Assembly: GCF_000007005.1 (NCBI RefSeq)
Contig: NC_002754.1
Length of the DNA: 64,000 nucleotides
DNA from: Saccharolobus solfataricus P2
GTDB lineage: Archaea; Thermoproteota; Thermoprotei_A; Sulfolobales; Sulfolobaceae
Reading direction: 5' to 3' (one strand)
Below, piece by piece: positions 42,553 to 51,761 of the stretch. The position numbers and the translations under genes were made by a program. The notes below the pieces were generated by a model. It was not told the origin of the DNA and did no database searches. It saw only the letters and a program-made list of their open reading frames with translations. The number at the start of each line of letters is the position of its first letter. The first letter of the stretch is position 1.

Positions 42553-43699
42553 TAGCACTTTACGGTTTTCTCCTCCTCTTGAACAGTTTTTTGATCCCAC
42601 CCGCCTCACGGTAAATACTTTTTATCAATCTGGCCAACCTTTTGGCCCCGAGCATCAGACCCGTGGAGTACTTGAAGTATTGAACAACGAGGAGGGAGAG
42701 AGCCTTCAAGGCCACGAAGCCTGAGTTCCTAACCCAGGTCAAGAAGGACCCACCCTCGAGTCCCAAGGCCTTGAGCTCCCTGATCAAGACCTCTATGTCC
42801 CAACGGTTCTCCCAGGTCGTTATGATATCTTCAGCCGTGTCGTTAAGGTCGGTGGAGAAGAAATACCTCCTCCCGTAACCCTTATAGTCATCTATAACAA
42901 GTAACTTTATGGGAGTCCCCAAGTACTCTACCAGGTACTCCCCTTGGGGGAACTCGCTAACGGGCACGGATCTGCCACCCTCGACGACTCGCGCGCTGGA
43001 CTTGAGTTCCCCCACAGTATTCCCTTGGAGAGTCCTCGAGTTCACGTACCACGAGTCGAAGACCTTGGATTTCACATTCAAACCTGAGAGGGAGGAGAGA
43101 AACTCCAAGAGGGCATCTATCTTGGTCTTGAACTTCACCTCCTCACCCCTACGCTTGAGCTCCTCTTCCACCTTTCGGGGTATGTAGGCAATTATGTGGA
43201 TCACGTAGATCTGGTTGTTCACCAGATCCTTGACGCCAATCACAAGGAGTTGGATCGCGGGTTCGAACCTCTTGTGCGCCCTACAGTAGAAGATCTGCGC
43301 CCCGTTTCTGGAGACCGGCATGGCCCTAGCGTAGAGCTTGTGGTCGTGGGTGTCGTCCACTATGAGAAGGACAGGATGATCCCCGACTAACTTCTTCACG
43401 ACCTCGATTAGTTTGGCTTGAGCTGCCTTGTCCAAGTTATTCAGTACGGTCTCGTAGTCCATCTCGGCCTCTTGAGCTATCTCGGTAGCATTTCTTCCCA
43501 CAACCGCCCCCAAGAGTAGCCTCTTGGCAACGTCCTTCCTCGTTCCAGTCATGGATAGTATGACCTCGTTAACTGCCTTTTCCAATGCCTTATAGTACTC
43601 CTCCCTCGTCAATTCTTTGGTCATACCAAAATTAAAGGTTCTAATTTTAAAAAGTTTTTATGGGCCTCTTGAACTGCCAGGATTTTCCGATAAATGCTA
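42553..43699 (-). mobile_element. ISC1217 (1147 bp)
   Basis: TIR TAGCACTTTACGG / TAGCATTTATCGG; 6-bp TSD ATCAGG. Confidence 0.9.
42560..43624 (-). CDS. ISC1217 DDE transposase (intact)
   Basis: IVDDT, VFDSWY, WENRWDIEVLIRELK. Confidence 0.9.
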   Translation of the reverse strand: MTKELTREEYYKALEKAVNEVILSMTGTRKDVAKRLLLGAVVGRNATEIAQEAEMDYETVLNNLDKAAQAKLIEVVKKLVGDHPVLLIVDDTHDHKLYARAMPVSRNGAQIFYCRAHKRFEPAIQLLVIGVKDLVNNQIYVIHIIAYIPRKVEEELKRRGEEVKFKTKIDALLEFLSSLSGLNVKSKVFDSWYVNSRTLQGNTVGELKSSARVVEGGRSVPVSEFPQGEYLVEYLGTPIKLLVIDDYKGYGRRYFFSTDLNDTAEDIITTWENRWDIEVLIRELKALGLEGGSFLTWVRNSGFVALKALSLLVVQYFKYSTGLMLGAKRLARLIKSIYREAGGIKKLFKRRRKP

Positions 43700-43722
43700 A
43701 TCAGGATTAGGACTTGTGACGT

Positions 43723-44950
43723 GAGAGTGTCCGGAATGTAAAAAATTGAATTTTTATTGGCAAGAATAAATTGGTTTTTAGCATTATCTTGGATTAAATT
43801 GGAGTAACACTTAAGTTATGGGAGTAGAGGGTAGTACCATGGCAAGAACATTAAGACACATACCAAACCTGATGTACTACCCTCTTCCCCCAATAGAGGA
43901 TATGCCGTGGAGGGAAAAATGGTTAACGGAGATCAAGCCCGTGCTGGACGCCATGGATTTGGAGAGGGTTCTGGGCGAGGGCGCGCTGGTTTACTTGAAG
44001 TTGTTAATCGTCATGGTGCTCTACTCTTGCTCCTATAGGGACGCGGTGAAAATGGTTAACGTGAACGTGGTCGTGGCCTGGTTCGTGGGGAGGAAGGTGG
44101 GGAAGAGCACGCTGCACGACTTCGTGGGCAGGTTGTACGGGGTGAGGAAGAAGTTGTTGGAGATTTCCTTCAAGCTTGAGGAGAAGTGCCTACCCAGTTA
44201 CCTCCCTGCGAGCGCGCATCTCGTGGACTTCATGGCGTGGCTAGTGGACTCCTTCCTACTGGACTTACCTCCTGGGAAGAGGAGTGTGGAGACCTTTCGG
44301 GAGAAGGCGGAGCTGGAGAGGAGGGAAGGTAACCTGGAGAGGGCCAGGAAGCTGCTCTCCCTGGGGAGAACCAAGAGGAGGTTCGAGGGAAGGTGGACCA
44401 AGAAGAGAGGGGTCTCGCACTACGGGCTCAAGGCCATAGCCGTGATCTCCGTCTCCCTCTTCGTGAGGTCCATCACGGTGAAGCCGGCCAACTTCTCGGA
44501 CAAGAGGTTCAAGTCACCGCTCAAGGGGATTAAGATCGCGGACAGGGGATTCTCTCCCTCCCCGACACAGCTCATAGCGCGGGAGAAGCCCTTCACTACC
44601 CTGAGGGCCCACGTGGAGTTCTTCGGCACCTACCTGAACGCGTTCTGGAGGCCCTACGGGACCACGACCTGGAGGAACGACGTCTTCCTTCACGTCCTGG
44701 GAGTGATCTACAACATCAAGATGTTCCTCGCGATCCAACGGAGGACTCCTCCAGGACGTAGAGCCGTTCAGCTCTGAGACGCGCCTCCTCGCGATCAAGC
44801 AACGCTATGCGCGATAGGTAAATCCTCTCGTCTTGATATTTTTCCATTATAAAGTTTTTCTCGGTGATCCAGGTCCTACCCTTCTGGCAATATTAATATT
44901 TATCATTCTGTTTATCTATTCGTTCAGATAATTACATTCCGGACACTCTC
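43723..44950 (+). mobile_element. ISC1234-type IS5 element, copy 2 (1228 bp)
   Basis: Same 17-bp TIR; TSD ACGT. Confidence 0.9.
43818..44777 (+). CDS. ISC1234 transposase
   Basis: Near-identical to 36291-37250. Confidence 0.9.
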   Translation: MGVEGSTMARTLRHIPNLMYYPLPPIEDMPWREKWLTEIKPVLDAMDLERVLGEGALVYLKLLIVMVLYSCSYRDAVKMVNVNVVVAWFVGRKVGKSTLHDFVGRLYGVRKKLLEISFKLEEKCLPSYLPASAHLVDFMAWLVDSFLLDLPPGKRSVETFREKAELERREGNLERARKLLSLGRTKRRFEGRWTKKRGVSHYGLKAIAVISVSLFVRSITVKPANFSDKRFKSPLKGIKIADRGFSPSPTQLIAREKPFTTLRAHVEFFGTYLNAFWRPYGTTTWRNDVFLHVLGVIYNIKMFLAIQRRTPPGRRAVQL

Positions 44951-45325
44951 ACGTGAGGAAGGAACTGGTCCTCGTCCTGCTCTCCTATCTTCTCTTGAAC
45001 GTCTGGTTCTTGATCCGTTCTTGGAGGAAGGTCAAGTTGTGGGAGTTCTCGGTCTCCCTCTCGAACCTCCTCGATCGGGAGGTAAGAGTGGAACAGGGAC
45101 GCGCGTTCCGTGAAGTGAAGACGTCATTCCCTAAACTCCAGCTAACCCTATGCACCTCCTTCCAGCTACGTGAAATTAATTCTTAATATTTAACTTCTAT
45201 GGTGTAAAACTGATTTATTAACGATTATTTTCACAAAATATATATCATGCTATTTGAATAATACCGATCAAATTCAATTTAAGTAATATCCTCATTTATC
45301 TCAGAAGAAGGAGATCTCCATACTG

Positions 45326-45776
45326 ACGTAAAGAACTTGAGGAAAGATATTTGCATGAAGCTCGGTAAGTATTTTGCAGAGCACTACGATATCGTGGTAA
45401 TGGAGGATATTAGCGTTAAGAAGCTGGTTGGTAAGTCTCTCAAGGCGAGGAGGAGGCTTCACGATGTTGGTTTTTACGAGTTTAGGACGATACTGTAGTA
45501 TCAATTAACAAAAACGGTAAGAAGCTCACTCTCGTCGATCCAGCATACACGTCGATGACTTGTGCTAGATGCGGATACGTTAGGGAAGATTTAACTCTCT
45601 CCGACCGCGTGTTTGTTTGTCCTAAATGCGGTTGGATAGTAGACCGTGACTATAATGCTTCTCTCAACATCTTACGTAGATCGGGGTCGGAACGACCCTT
45701 AGTGTGGAGCTCTGCCTTCTACCGCTGGCAAGGTGAGGGTGTGAAGCAAGAAGCCCTGTCCGTTAGGGCAAGGTAG
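45326..45776 (+). pseudogene. tnpB: tnpB 3' fragment (RuvC-II, zinc ribbon, RuvC-III), with an internal stop and a frameshift
   Basis: VKNLRKD...VVMEDI...TIL*YQL...[13 protein letters not shown]...CPKCG...[10 protein letters not shown]. Confidence 0.88.
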
Positions 45777-45777
45777 T

Positions 45778-46059
45778 TCACTTAAGCTCAATAACGTTTC
45801 CTTCTGTGTCCTCAAAGTACAGTATTCCATCTTCTCCAATTACTACATATCCAACCCTTCCTCTACATTTATATGGAAATGCGAGTAGCCCCTTTGTCTT
45901 TAATCCGGAAACTGCGTACACTGGCAATAAAGAGTCATCTAAGTTTAAGGCTAGGCAGTCTGGTATTAACTTAAATAGGTCGTTAAGTAGGCTATTAAGC
46001 AATTTTTCATATTCGTCTCCTAAACCTTTCAGCTTTCTCGCCTTTTCAAATATGTCCAT
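45778..46059 (-). CDS. Hypothetical protein
   Basis: Clean ORF; its stop codon lies inside the IS right-end TTCAC. Confidence 0.65.
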   Translation of the reverse strand: MDIFEKARKLKGLGDEYEKLLNSLLNDLFKLIPDCLALNLDDSLLPVYAVSGLKTKGLLAFPYKCRGRVGYVVIGEDGILYFEDTEGNVIELK

Positions 46060-46174
46060 GTTTAATATTCTCCTTTCGTAAGCTAAAAATTTCCCCTTTT
46101 ATTTAGAATGAATATTATTTTGGAATTACTATAAGTTAACCTTAAATTCTACCCTATATAGAATATTATAAAGA

Positions 46175-47242
46175 GTGAGAAAGTTGGAGAATATTATACT
46201 TAAGAATTACGAAGAAGAACTATTTGACCATGAAGTTTACAGTAAGTTAGCAGAAGTAGAGAGAGATCCAGAGTTGAAGAAGACACTCTTTAAGTTAGCA
46301 GAAATGGAGAAAAAACATTCGGAATTTTGGAGAGAGATTGCAGAGAAGAGAGGACTTAAAGTTAAAGGAAAATTATCCACATTAAATAAAATCAAGGTGG
46401 ACTTTTACAGTTTGTTACGAAAAATTTTGGGTTTAGATATTACTATTAAAGTCCTAGAGAGTAGTGAGGAAGATGATATAGAGAAGTATAGAAAATTGTC
46501 AGAAATGGAAATGTTCTCGTCTGAGGAGAAACAAAGGTTAAAGGATATCATGGTAGACGAGGCAGTACACGAAAAAGTTTTAGGGAATGTTGAAGCCAAG
46601 AGCGTAGGTGATTTTGTATATGGTATAAGTGACGGTCTAGTAGAGGTTCTGGCTGCAGTGTCGGGATTATCTGGGGCTATATCTTCACCGCTGTTTGTTG
46701 CCGTAGGAGGATTGATAGTAGGAGTATCTGGAACGCTTTCAATGGCAATAGGTGCGTACCTATCTACTAAGTCAGAAAAAGATGTAAAGATCCAAGAAAG
46801 AAAAAGATTAGAGTTAGAGAAGAATGTTGATCAGCACTCAGTTCAATTAAGGCTAGTTAATTTCTTCACAGAACTTGGAGTAAATCTAAATCTAGCTAAG
46901 AAGGTTTCGTTAAGTTTAGTAAACGTTGCTGAAGATATTCTATACCCGGAAGTTAAAGAAAATCCAGTTAAGAGCGCCTTGATTACCGGTTTGTCATATA
47001 TTACTGGAGCCATAATACCCATATTGCCATATTTAATTGGTCTATCTGGGCTTACTGGTCTGATTACATCATATATAGTTGCAGGATTATCTACGTTTAT
47101 AGTGGGTTCTATTATAGGAATATTAAGTGGAATAAGTCCATTTAAGAAAGGTATCCAAATGGCTTCTTTAGCACTGCTAGCAGCTTTAGGTACTCATGGT
47201 TTAGGATATTTAGCGTCAAGGTTTCTAAATGTTAGCATCTGA
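46175..47242 (+). CDS. Rubrerythrin/ferritin-like di-iron domain fused to VIT1/CCC1 (MbfA-like iron exporter)
   Basis: EEELFD...EMEKKH and DEAVHE di-iron motifs; DFVYGISDGL, GTLSMAIGAYLS. Confidence 0.88.
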   Translation: MRKLENIILKNYEEELFDHEVYSKLAEVERDPELKKTLFKLAEMEKKHSEFWREIAEKRGLKVKGKLSTLNKIKVDFYSLLRKILGLDITIKVLESSEEDDIEKYRKLSEMEMFSSEEKQRLKDIMVDEAVHEKVLGNVEAKSVGDFVYGISDGLVEVLAAVSGLSGAISSPLFVAVGGLIVGVSGTLSMAIGAYLSTKSEKDVKIQERKRLELEKNVDQHSVQLRLVNFFTELGVNLNLAKKVSLSLVNVAEDILYPEVKENPVKSALITGLSYITGAIIPILPYLIGLSGLTGLITSYIVAGLSTFIVGSIIGILSGISPFKKGIQMASLALLAALGTHGLGYLASRFLNVSI

Positions 47243-47281
47243 TATGAAAGCCTTTAAATTTTATTATTTCTATTATTAGAC

Positions 47282-48274
47282 GTGCCTAGCTTATTTGGAA
47301 AAAAAGTTAAGGTAATACACCACATAGATCAATTACATTCAACAATGAAATTAGCAATAAAGACTATATTAGATTCTTATTTGCCAGATGTTGTAAGAGG
47401 TTATGGTTTTAAGTACGCGGATCCAATATGGGGAGAACCCATTTTTATACCCTATGGATATCTAGATGGGGAATTTAAGGATACTATTGATGCATTTAAA
47501 AAAATCATGGAGGAGATTAATGAAAGAAAAGAAGATGGTTTAGCGAAATTTAAGGAATGGTATCCAGATGCAAAGTTCTTTGATATTTACAGATTTATTC
47601 AATATTCGATCCCTGGGACTGAGGAAGGTTACACTCCCGGTATTGCAGTAGACCCCTTAATGCCATATAATTATTTCAAGGATGGCTTAAATGAGGTCAA
47701 GGATGAGGTTAAAGGAGAAGTTGTTGTTGCATCTCCATCACTTTCATCCTTTACCGAGTTTAAGTTTTACGACCCAATAATAGGGAGAAGAAATGAAATA
47801 GTTGATGCATATATTTGGATTAATAAGTTATTCCATGAACAATATGATAAGGATAAGATGTATGATGAGAAATTAGGAAGACATTATATGAATACTATAC
47901 TTGACTTTTTAGAAGGATATAGTAAAAAAGGAAGAGTTAATGAGATAGAGGGGGGCGATGTTTTATTGATTCCAATGTTTATATGGGGTAAGGACAAGCT
48001 TTTCAATGATAATAGTAACATAGTTTCAGCGTGGCAGAATTCTAAGTTGTTAACTAGTTCAATGTTCCACGAGATTGAAGCATTACCAGTTATACTTAAT
48101 AAACAATATTTCGACTCCATAGTGAATAGATGTTCCCAGACTTTTACTAAAATCATTCTATTAAGTAATAAGAAACTCCCTCAAATTGATAAATGTAATG
48201 AATGTCCATCCTCCTTAAGACTACTAAAACTACAAAAAGAGGGTAATTTCTCAAAAGTATTTATAACGAAATGA
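47282..48274 (+). CDS. Hypothetical protein
   Basis: 330-aa ORF with normal composition; GTG start. Confidence 0.7.
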   Translation: MPSLFGKKVKVIHHIDQLHSTMKLAIKTILDSYLPDVVRGYGFKYADPIWGEPIFIPYGYLDGEFKDTIDAFKKIMEEINERKEDGLAKFKEWYPDAKFFDIYRFIQYSIPGTEEGYTPGIAVDPLMPYNYFKDGLNEVKDEVKGEVVVASPSLSSFTEFKFYDPIIGRRNEIVDAYIWINKLFHEQYDKDKMYDEKLGRHYMNTILDFLEGYSKKGRVNEIEGGDVLLIPMFIWGKDKLFNDNSNIVSAWQNSKLLTSSMFHEIEALPVILNKQYFDSIVNRCSQTFTKIILLSNKKLPQIDKCNECPSSLRLLKLQKEGNFSKVFITK

Positions 48275-48278
48275 TTTT

Positions 48279-49103
48279 TTAGGCTAAAGCCTCGTTTATA
48301 GCGTTTGTTATTTGGCTTGAAGCATTAAGAATTTCATTGTAAGCTTGTAAGTACTGTCCAGAAGGCGTAGCTTTGTTTAGTATTATATTGTATAGTAATG
48401 TGGAATTTAACGTTGCTAATGTGGATGGACTGATTGAATTCGGATATCCCAAATCGACCCAAGTACCACCAGGTCCAGTTATTATTAATACTGTAATTAT
48501 GTGGGGGTAATTACCAAAATATGCTGGGGCTACATTATTTAGTTGGGTGTATGTCTGATTTACTTCGTAATATACCACCAGATTATATGCCCAACTGGGT
48601 AATTCGCTTTTTAACTCTTTTAATCCAAAAGTTACATCATCAGTATTTATTAGCGTACCATTAGTTGTTTCATTTAAATATTGCCCATAAATGTAAATTG
48701 GGTGGAAATATACTCGAGAGTTTGGAAATGGCGTGTAGTTTAGGAATAGTAACCCTGGGATTTCCCCTCCAAAGTTACTCTCGTACACTGAAGAGTGTGG
48801 AACTACGCTTAGATTTCCATATTTAGAAAGTGCTAAATATAGGGGCCAAGATGTTGTAGCACCGTTTGGACAACCATACCAGCTTACGAAGTAGATTTCT
48901 ACTGAATTGTTAGATGCGTAATTGGTATTACTGATTTTATATAAATTAAAGAGAGGAGTGTTTGCATTGGCTGTAATTAGTGAAGAGGAATGGCTAAAGT
49001 ATGGAAACGCTACTAAGAATACAATTACCACAGCTAACACAACAAAAGGTATGTAAATCAACTTATTCTCATTTTGTTGTGATTTTTTCCTTTTAGCCAT
49101 CAT
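48279..49103 (-). CDS. Membrane-anchored DUF929-like (thioredoxin-like) protein
   Basis: Basic N-terminus plus TM; SWYGCPNGATTSWPLYLALSKYG. Confidence 0.7.
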   Translation of the reverse strand: MMAKRKKSQQNENKLIYIPFVVLAVVIVFLVAFPYFSHSSSLITANANTPLFNLYKISNTNYASNNSVEIYFVSWYGCPNGATTSWPLYLALSKYGNLSVVPHSSVYESNFGGEIPGLLFLNYTPFPNSRVYFHPIYIYGQYLNETTNGTLINTDDVTFGLKELKSELPSWAYNLVVYYEVNQTYTQLNNVAPAYFGNYPHIITVLIITGPGGTWVDLGYPNSISPSTLATLNSTLLYNIILNKATPSGQYLQAYNEILNASSQITNAINEALA

Positions 49104-49118
49104 ATATACAACTGAGCA

Positions 49119-49841
49119 TTAAGTTAAATTTGTTTTGCATAGTGGAATATCTCCGACATAGACTATCTTATTTCCGATTAAGCTAAAAGTCTTTATGTAG
49201 ACTTTTAATCCTTCCTTTATTGAATCCCAAAACTCAACAGAAAATTTGGGATCGGTTTTCTCATTAGGTAAGAAGCATTTAGCGTCGTTCCTCATTACTA
49301 GAATCAATAGTATTGCGTTAAATCCCTTTCTCATTAATTCTCTCAACTCTTTTAGGTGCTTTCTGCCTCTTTCGGTTGGAGCGTCTGGGAAATAAGCTAT
49401 CTCGTTTTCCACCAATGTACAGCCTTTTACTTCCAAGTATGTATTATCATACTTGAAGTCAATTCTACTATTTCCTACCTTAACCTCCTTTTCGTAGATT
49501 TTTGGTATAAATTTAGAGGCTATAATGTTATGTAATCTACTATCTAATACTATAAATCTTGAGTTAGCGTAAGCTGCAGTTATTGAAAATTTTGTCTTAT
49601 TACCTTTTGTTTCCCTTATTAGAACTAAGTTTCCAGGGTAAATTAATTCTTTTAATCTGCCAGGATCGTGTAAATGTACAAGGATTTCTTCCCCGTCAAG
49701 GGTTACTTTAACTAAGAATCTATTTATTCGTTCTATAACATATGCCTCAAATAATTTTTCAGTAAACTCGTATACGCTAAACCCCTCTTTAATATAAAAG
49801 GGCGAGACTCTAGTTAGATCTTGGGAGTTGCTTTCATTCAT
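49119..49841 (-). CDS. sfsA: SfsA-family nuclease / sugar fermentation stimulation protein
   Basis: [41 protein letters not shown]. Confidence 0.92.
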   Translation of the reverse strand: MNESNSQDLTRVSPFYIKEGFSVYEFTEKLFEAYVIERINRFLVKVTLDGEEILVHLHDPGRLKELIYPGNLVLIRETKGNKTKFSITAAYANSRFIVLDSRLHNIIASKFIPKIYEKEVKVGNSRIDFKYDNTYLEVKGCTLVENEIAYFPDAPTERGRKHLKELRELMRKGFNAILLILVMRNDAKCFLPNEKTDPKFSVEFWDSIKEGLKVYIKTFSLIGNKIVYVGDIPLCKTNLT

Positions 49842-49883
49842 AAAATCTAATCAACAACAGTATATTGTATTTTAATAATATAT

Positions 49884-50002
49884 AGGTTATACTGCTAATG
49901 GGGTTAATAGGGATGAACGGGGCAAAGATTCGCGACTTCGGTAAAGTCTAAGGGCTGAGTGTTGAGCACAAATTTATGAAATCCTATGAAGCCCAAACCT
50001 CT
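49884..50002 (+). pseudogene. Isolated tnpB 3'-end / right-end relic
   Basis: Translates VILLMGLIGMNGAKIRDFGKV*GLSVEHKFMKSYEAQT, like Sulfolobales TnpB tails as I recall them; TATGAA-ATCC-TATGAA-GCCC repeat. Confidence 0.5.
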
Positions 50003-50132
50003 AAATTGGCAAGAAGGAAAAGCTTACATGTTGAAAGGTAGAGAATTATCACTAAAATATTACTAATAAAGAATACGCTTCTCATTTTTCCCTTAACGTA
50101 TTTAAGTTTTTTAACCATTATATCTGTTAATC

Positions 50133-50186
50133 AACTGATGATGAATTTGCCGAGTGTTGATAATGTGAAATAAACTTAGTTTCTGA
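50133..50186 (+). ncRNA. Box C/D guide sRNA
   Basis: C box ATGATGA (50138-50144), D' TTGA (50157), C' ATGTGA (50163), D CTGA (50183); 12-14 nt guides; TATA-like TATTTAAG about 30 nt upstream. Confidence 0.82.
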
Positions 50187-50786
50187 CTAAGAAGGATTAA
50201 CACATATTCTGGTGTTATACTCTTCTTGTATTTCATTACACTCCATTCTATCTGAACTTACGAGCAATTTTTCTAATTTCTTTAATTGTGAATCCACAAA
50301 TGTTACCTTATATCCTGTAACTATGTACCAAATATTATTCTTATTTTGGATAACCACTAGTCTAGGAGAGAGTTCTAGTAACATTTTTTTGACATGTTCA
50401 GTATTGCTACCAGTTCCGCTGACTCTGAATTCCTTAACCACAACATCTCCTTGACTTCCCTCTATCTCATATCCATCTACGTAAATAGTTAATAGAGCCC
50501 CTAATCTCAGTATTGTTGAGAATTCTTTAGGTTCTAGTTCCATTTTATATTTTGAAATATATCTCAACCACCTTTCCCTTTTCCTTCCCCTAGTTTTCAT
50601 TTTTATTAAGCCTTGTAAGCTCATAGAACTTAGTATATCATTTACTGTAAAAGTGATGAAGTCTGGATCCCTAAAGATTTCCATACCTTTGCATTTCATA
50701 TCAGTGATGATTCCATTGCATAAGTAGGAGTATTCTTGCAATGGTGGGATAAACAAATCTTCAATACTAGTAATTTTAAGTCTCAC
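50187..50786 (-). CDS. Hypothetical protein
   Basis: 199-aa ORF with GTG start. Confidence 0.7.
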   Translation of the reverse strand: MRLKITSIEDLFIPPLQEYSYLCNGIITDMKCKGMEIFRDPDFITFTVNDILSSMSLQGLIKMKTRGRKRERWLRYISKYKMELEPKEFSTILRLGALLTIYVDGYEIEGSQGDVVVKEFRVSGTGSNTEHVKKMLLELSPRLVVIQNKNNIWYIVTGYKVTFVDSQLKKLEKLLVSSDRMECNEIQEEYNTRICVNPS

Positions 50787-50827
50787 ATAACTCCTCTATA
50801 CACACTATCGGATTTAAGTATTTAATA

Positions 50828-51217
50828 TCAAAACATATCAGATAGCATTAGATCTTCTAATAACATCATATTTATAAGCGACATTGTAATAAGTAAGGGA
50901 ATAATATCAACGTATTCTTCAGGTAACTTGGAAGGATCTAGTCTACCGCTCTGAAGTAATTCTTGTAATTTTATTGATTTTTCTTTTAAAGTTTCGTAAA
51001 TCCTCTTCGCCTCCTCTAAACCAGCAGCGGTGAGATCATAAATAGTCTTTTTGAATATAATTCCTTTACTTCTCTTTATTACTAGACCGTCTCGTTCCAA
51101 GTATCTTAATGTCGCCTCAACTTCATATTTATCTTCCTTTAGTCCCTCTGATATCTTTTCCAGTGTGGAGTCTCTATTCTGATATAAATAAGCAAGGATC
51201 TTTTCTCTAAGGTTCAT
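50828..51217 (-). CDS. Winged helix-turn-helix protein
   Basis: ILAYL...TLEKISEGL...VEATLRYLERDGLV...YDLTAAG. Confidence 0.75.
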   Translation of the reverse strand: MNLREKILAYLYQNRDSTLEKISEGLKEDKYEVEATLRYLERDGLVIKRSKGIIFKKTIYDLTAAGLEEAKRIYETLKEKSIKLQELLQSGRLDPSKLPEEYVDIIPLLITMSLINMMLLEDLMLSDMF

Positions 51218-51398
51218 ATAGATATTTTTATCTTTCCCTAGGATTTAAGTATTTTGGCCAGTCTAATTTGTCTTATTATATAGTCTTTATTATTTATTTA
51301 TCTAAAAAAAGCGACATATAAAACTGATAGGTAAATTATGTAAAAAGGATTCCCGAACTAGTTAGGGATTATTTTAATTAATGATGTGGGTAATTTAA

Positions 51399-51728
<330 letters not shown>

Positions 51729-51761
51729 ATTTTTTATTAACATTTCCACTTCCTTTCTAGA

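Larger units (their letters stand above)
41698..45186 (+). pseudogene. ISC1359 transposase split into three pieces
   Basis: ...RWGIENAFRSLEEFRIR | IRTCDV | RKELVLVLLSYLLLN... is in frame after removing both insertions. Confidence 0.88.
41583..45325 (+). mobile_element. ISC1359 (ISH3 family), carrying two nested IS
   Basis: TIR CAGTATGGGAATCTC / CAGTATGGAGATCTC. 3743 bp minus 1153 (ISC1217+TSD) and 1232 (ISC1234+TSD) gives 1358 bp. Confidence 0.88.
41209..45781 (+). mobile_element. IS605-group solo-tnpB element (ISC1316-like), disrupted
   Basis: Left hairpin CCATCCCC/GGGGATGG (41223-41240) after TTAA; tnpB 5' part 41287-41582 and 3' part 45326-45776; right hairpin GCCCT/AGGGC and terminal TTCAC (45777-45781). 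Confidence 0.8.

Noticed and set aside
44953-45776. ORFs 44953-45186 and 45555-45776 as independent genes
   Set aside because: They are the C-termini of the ISC1359 transposase and of tnpB.
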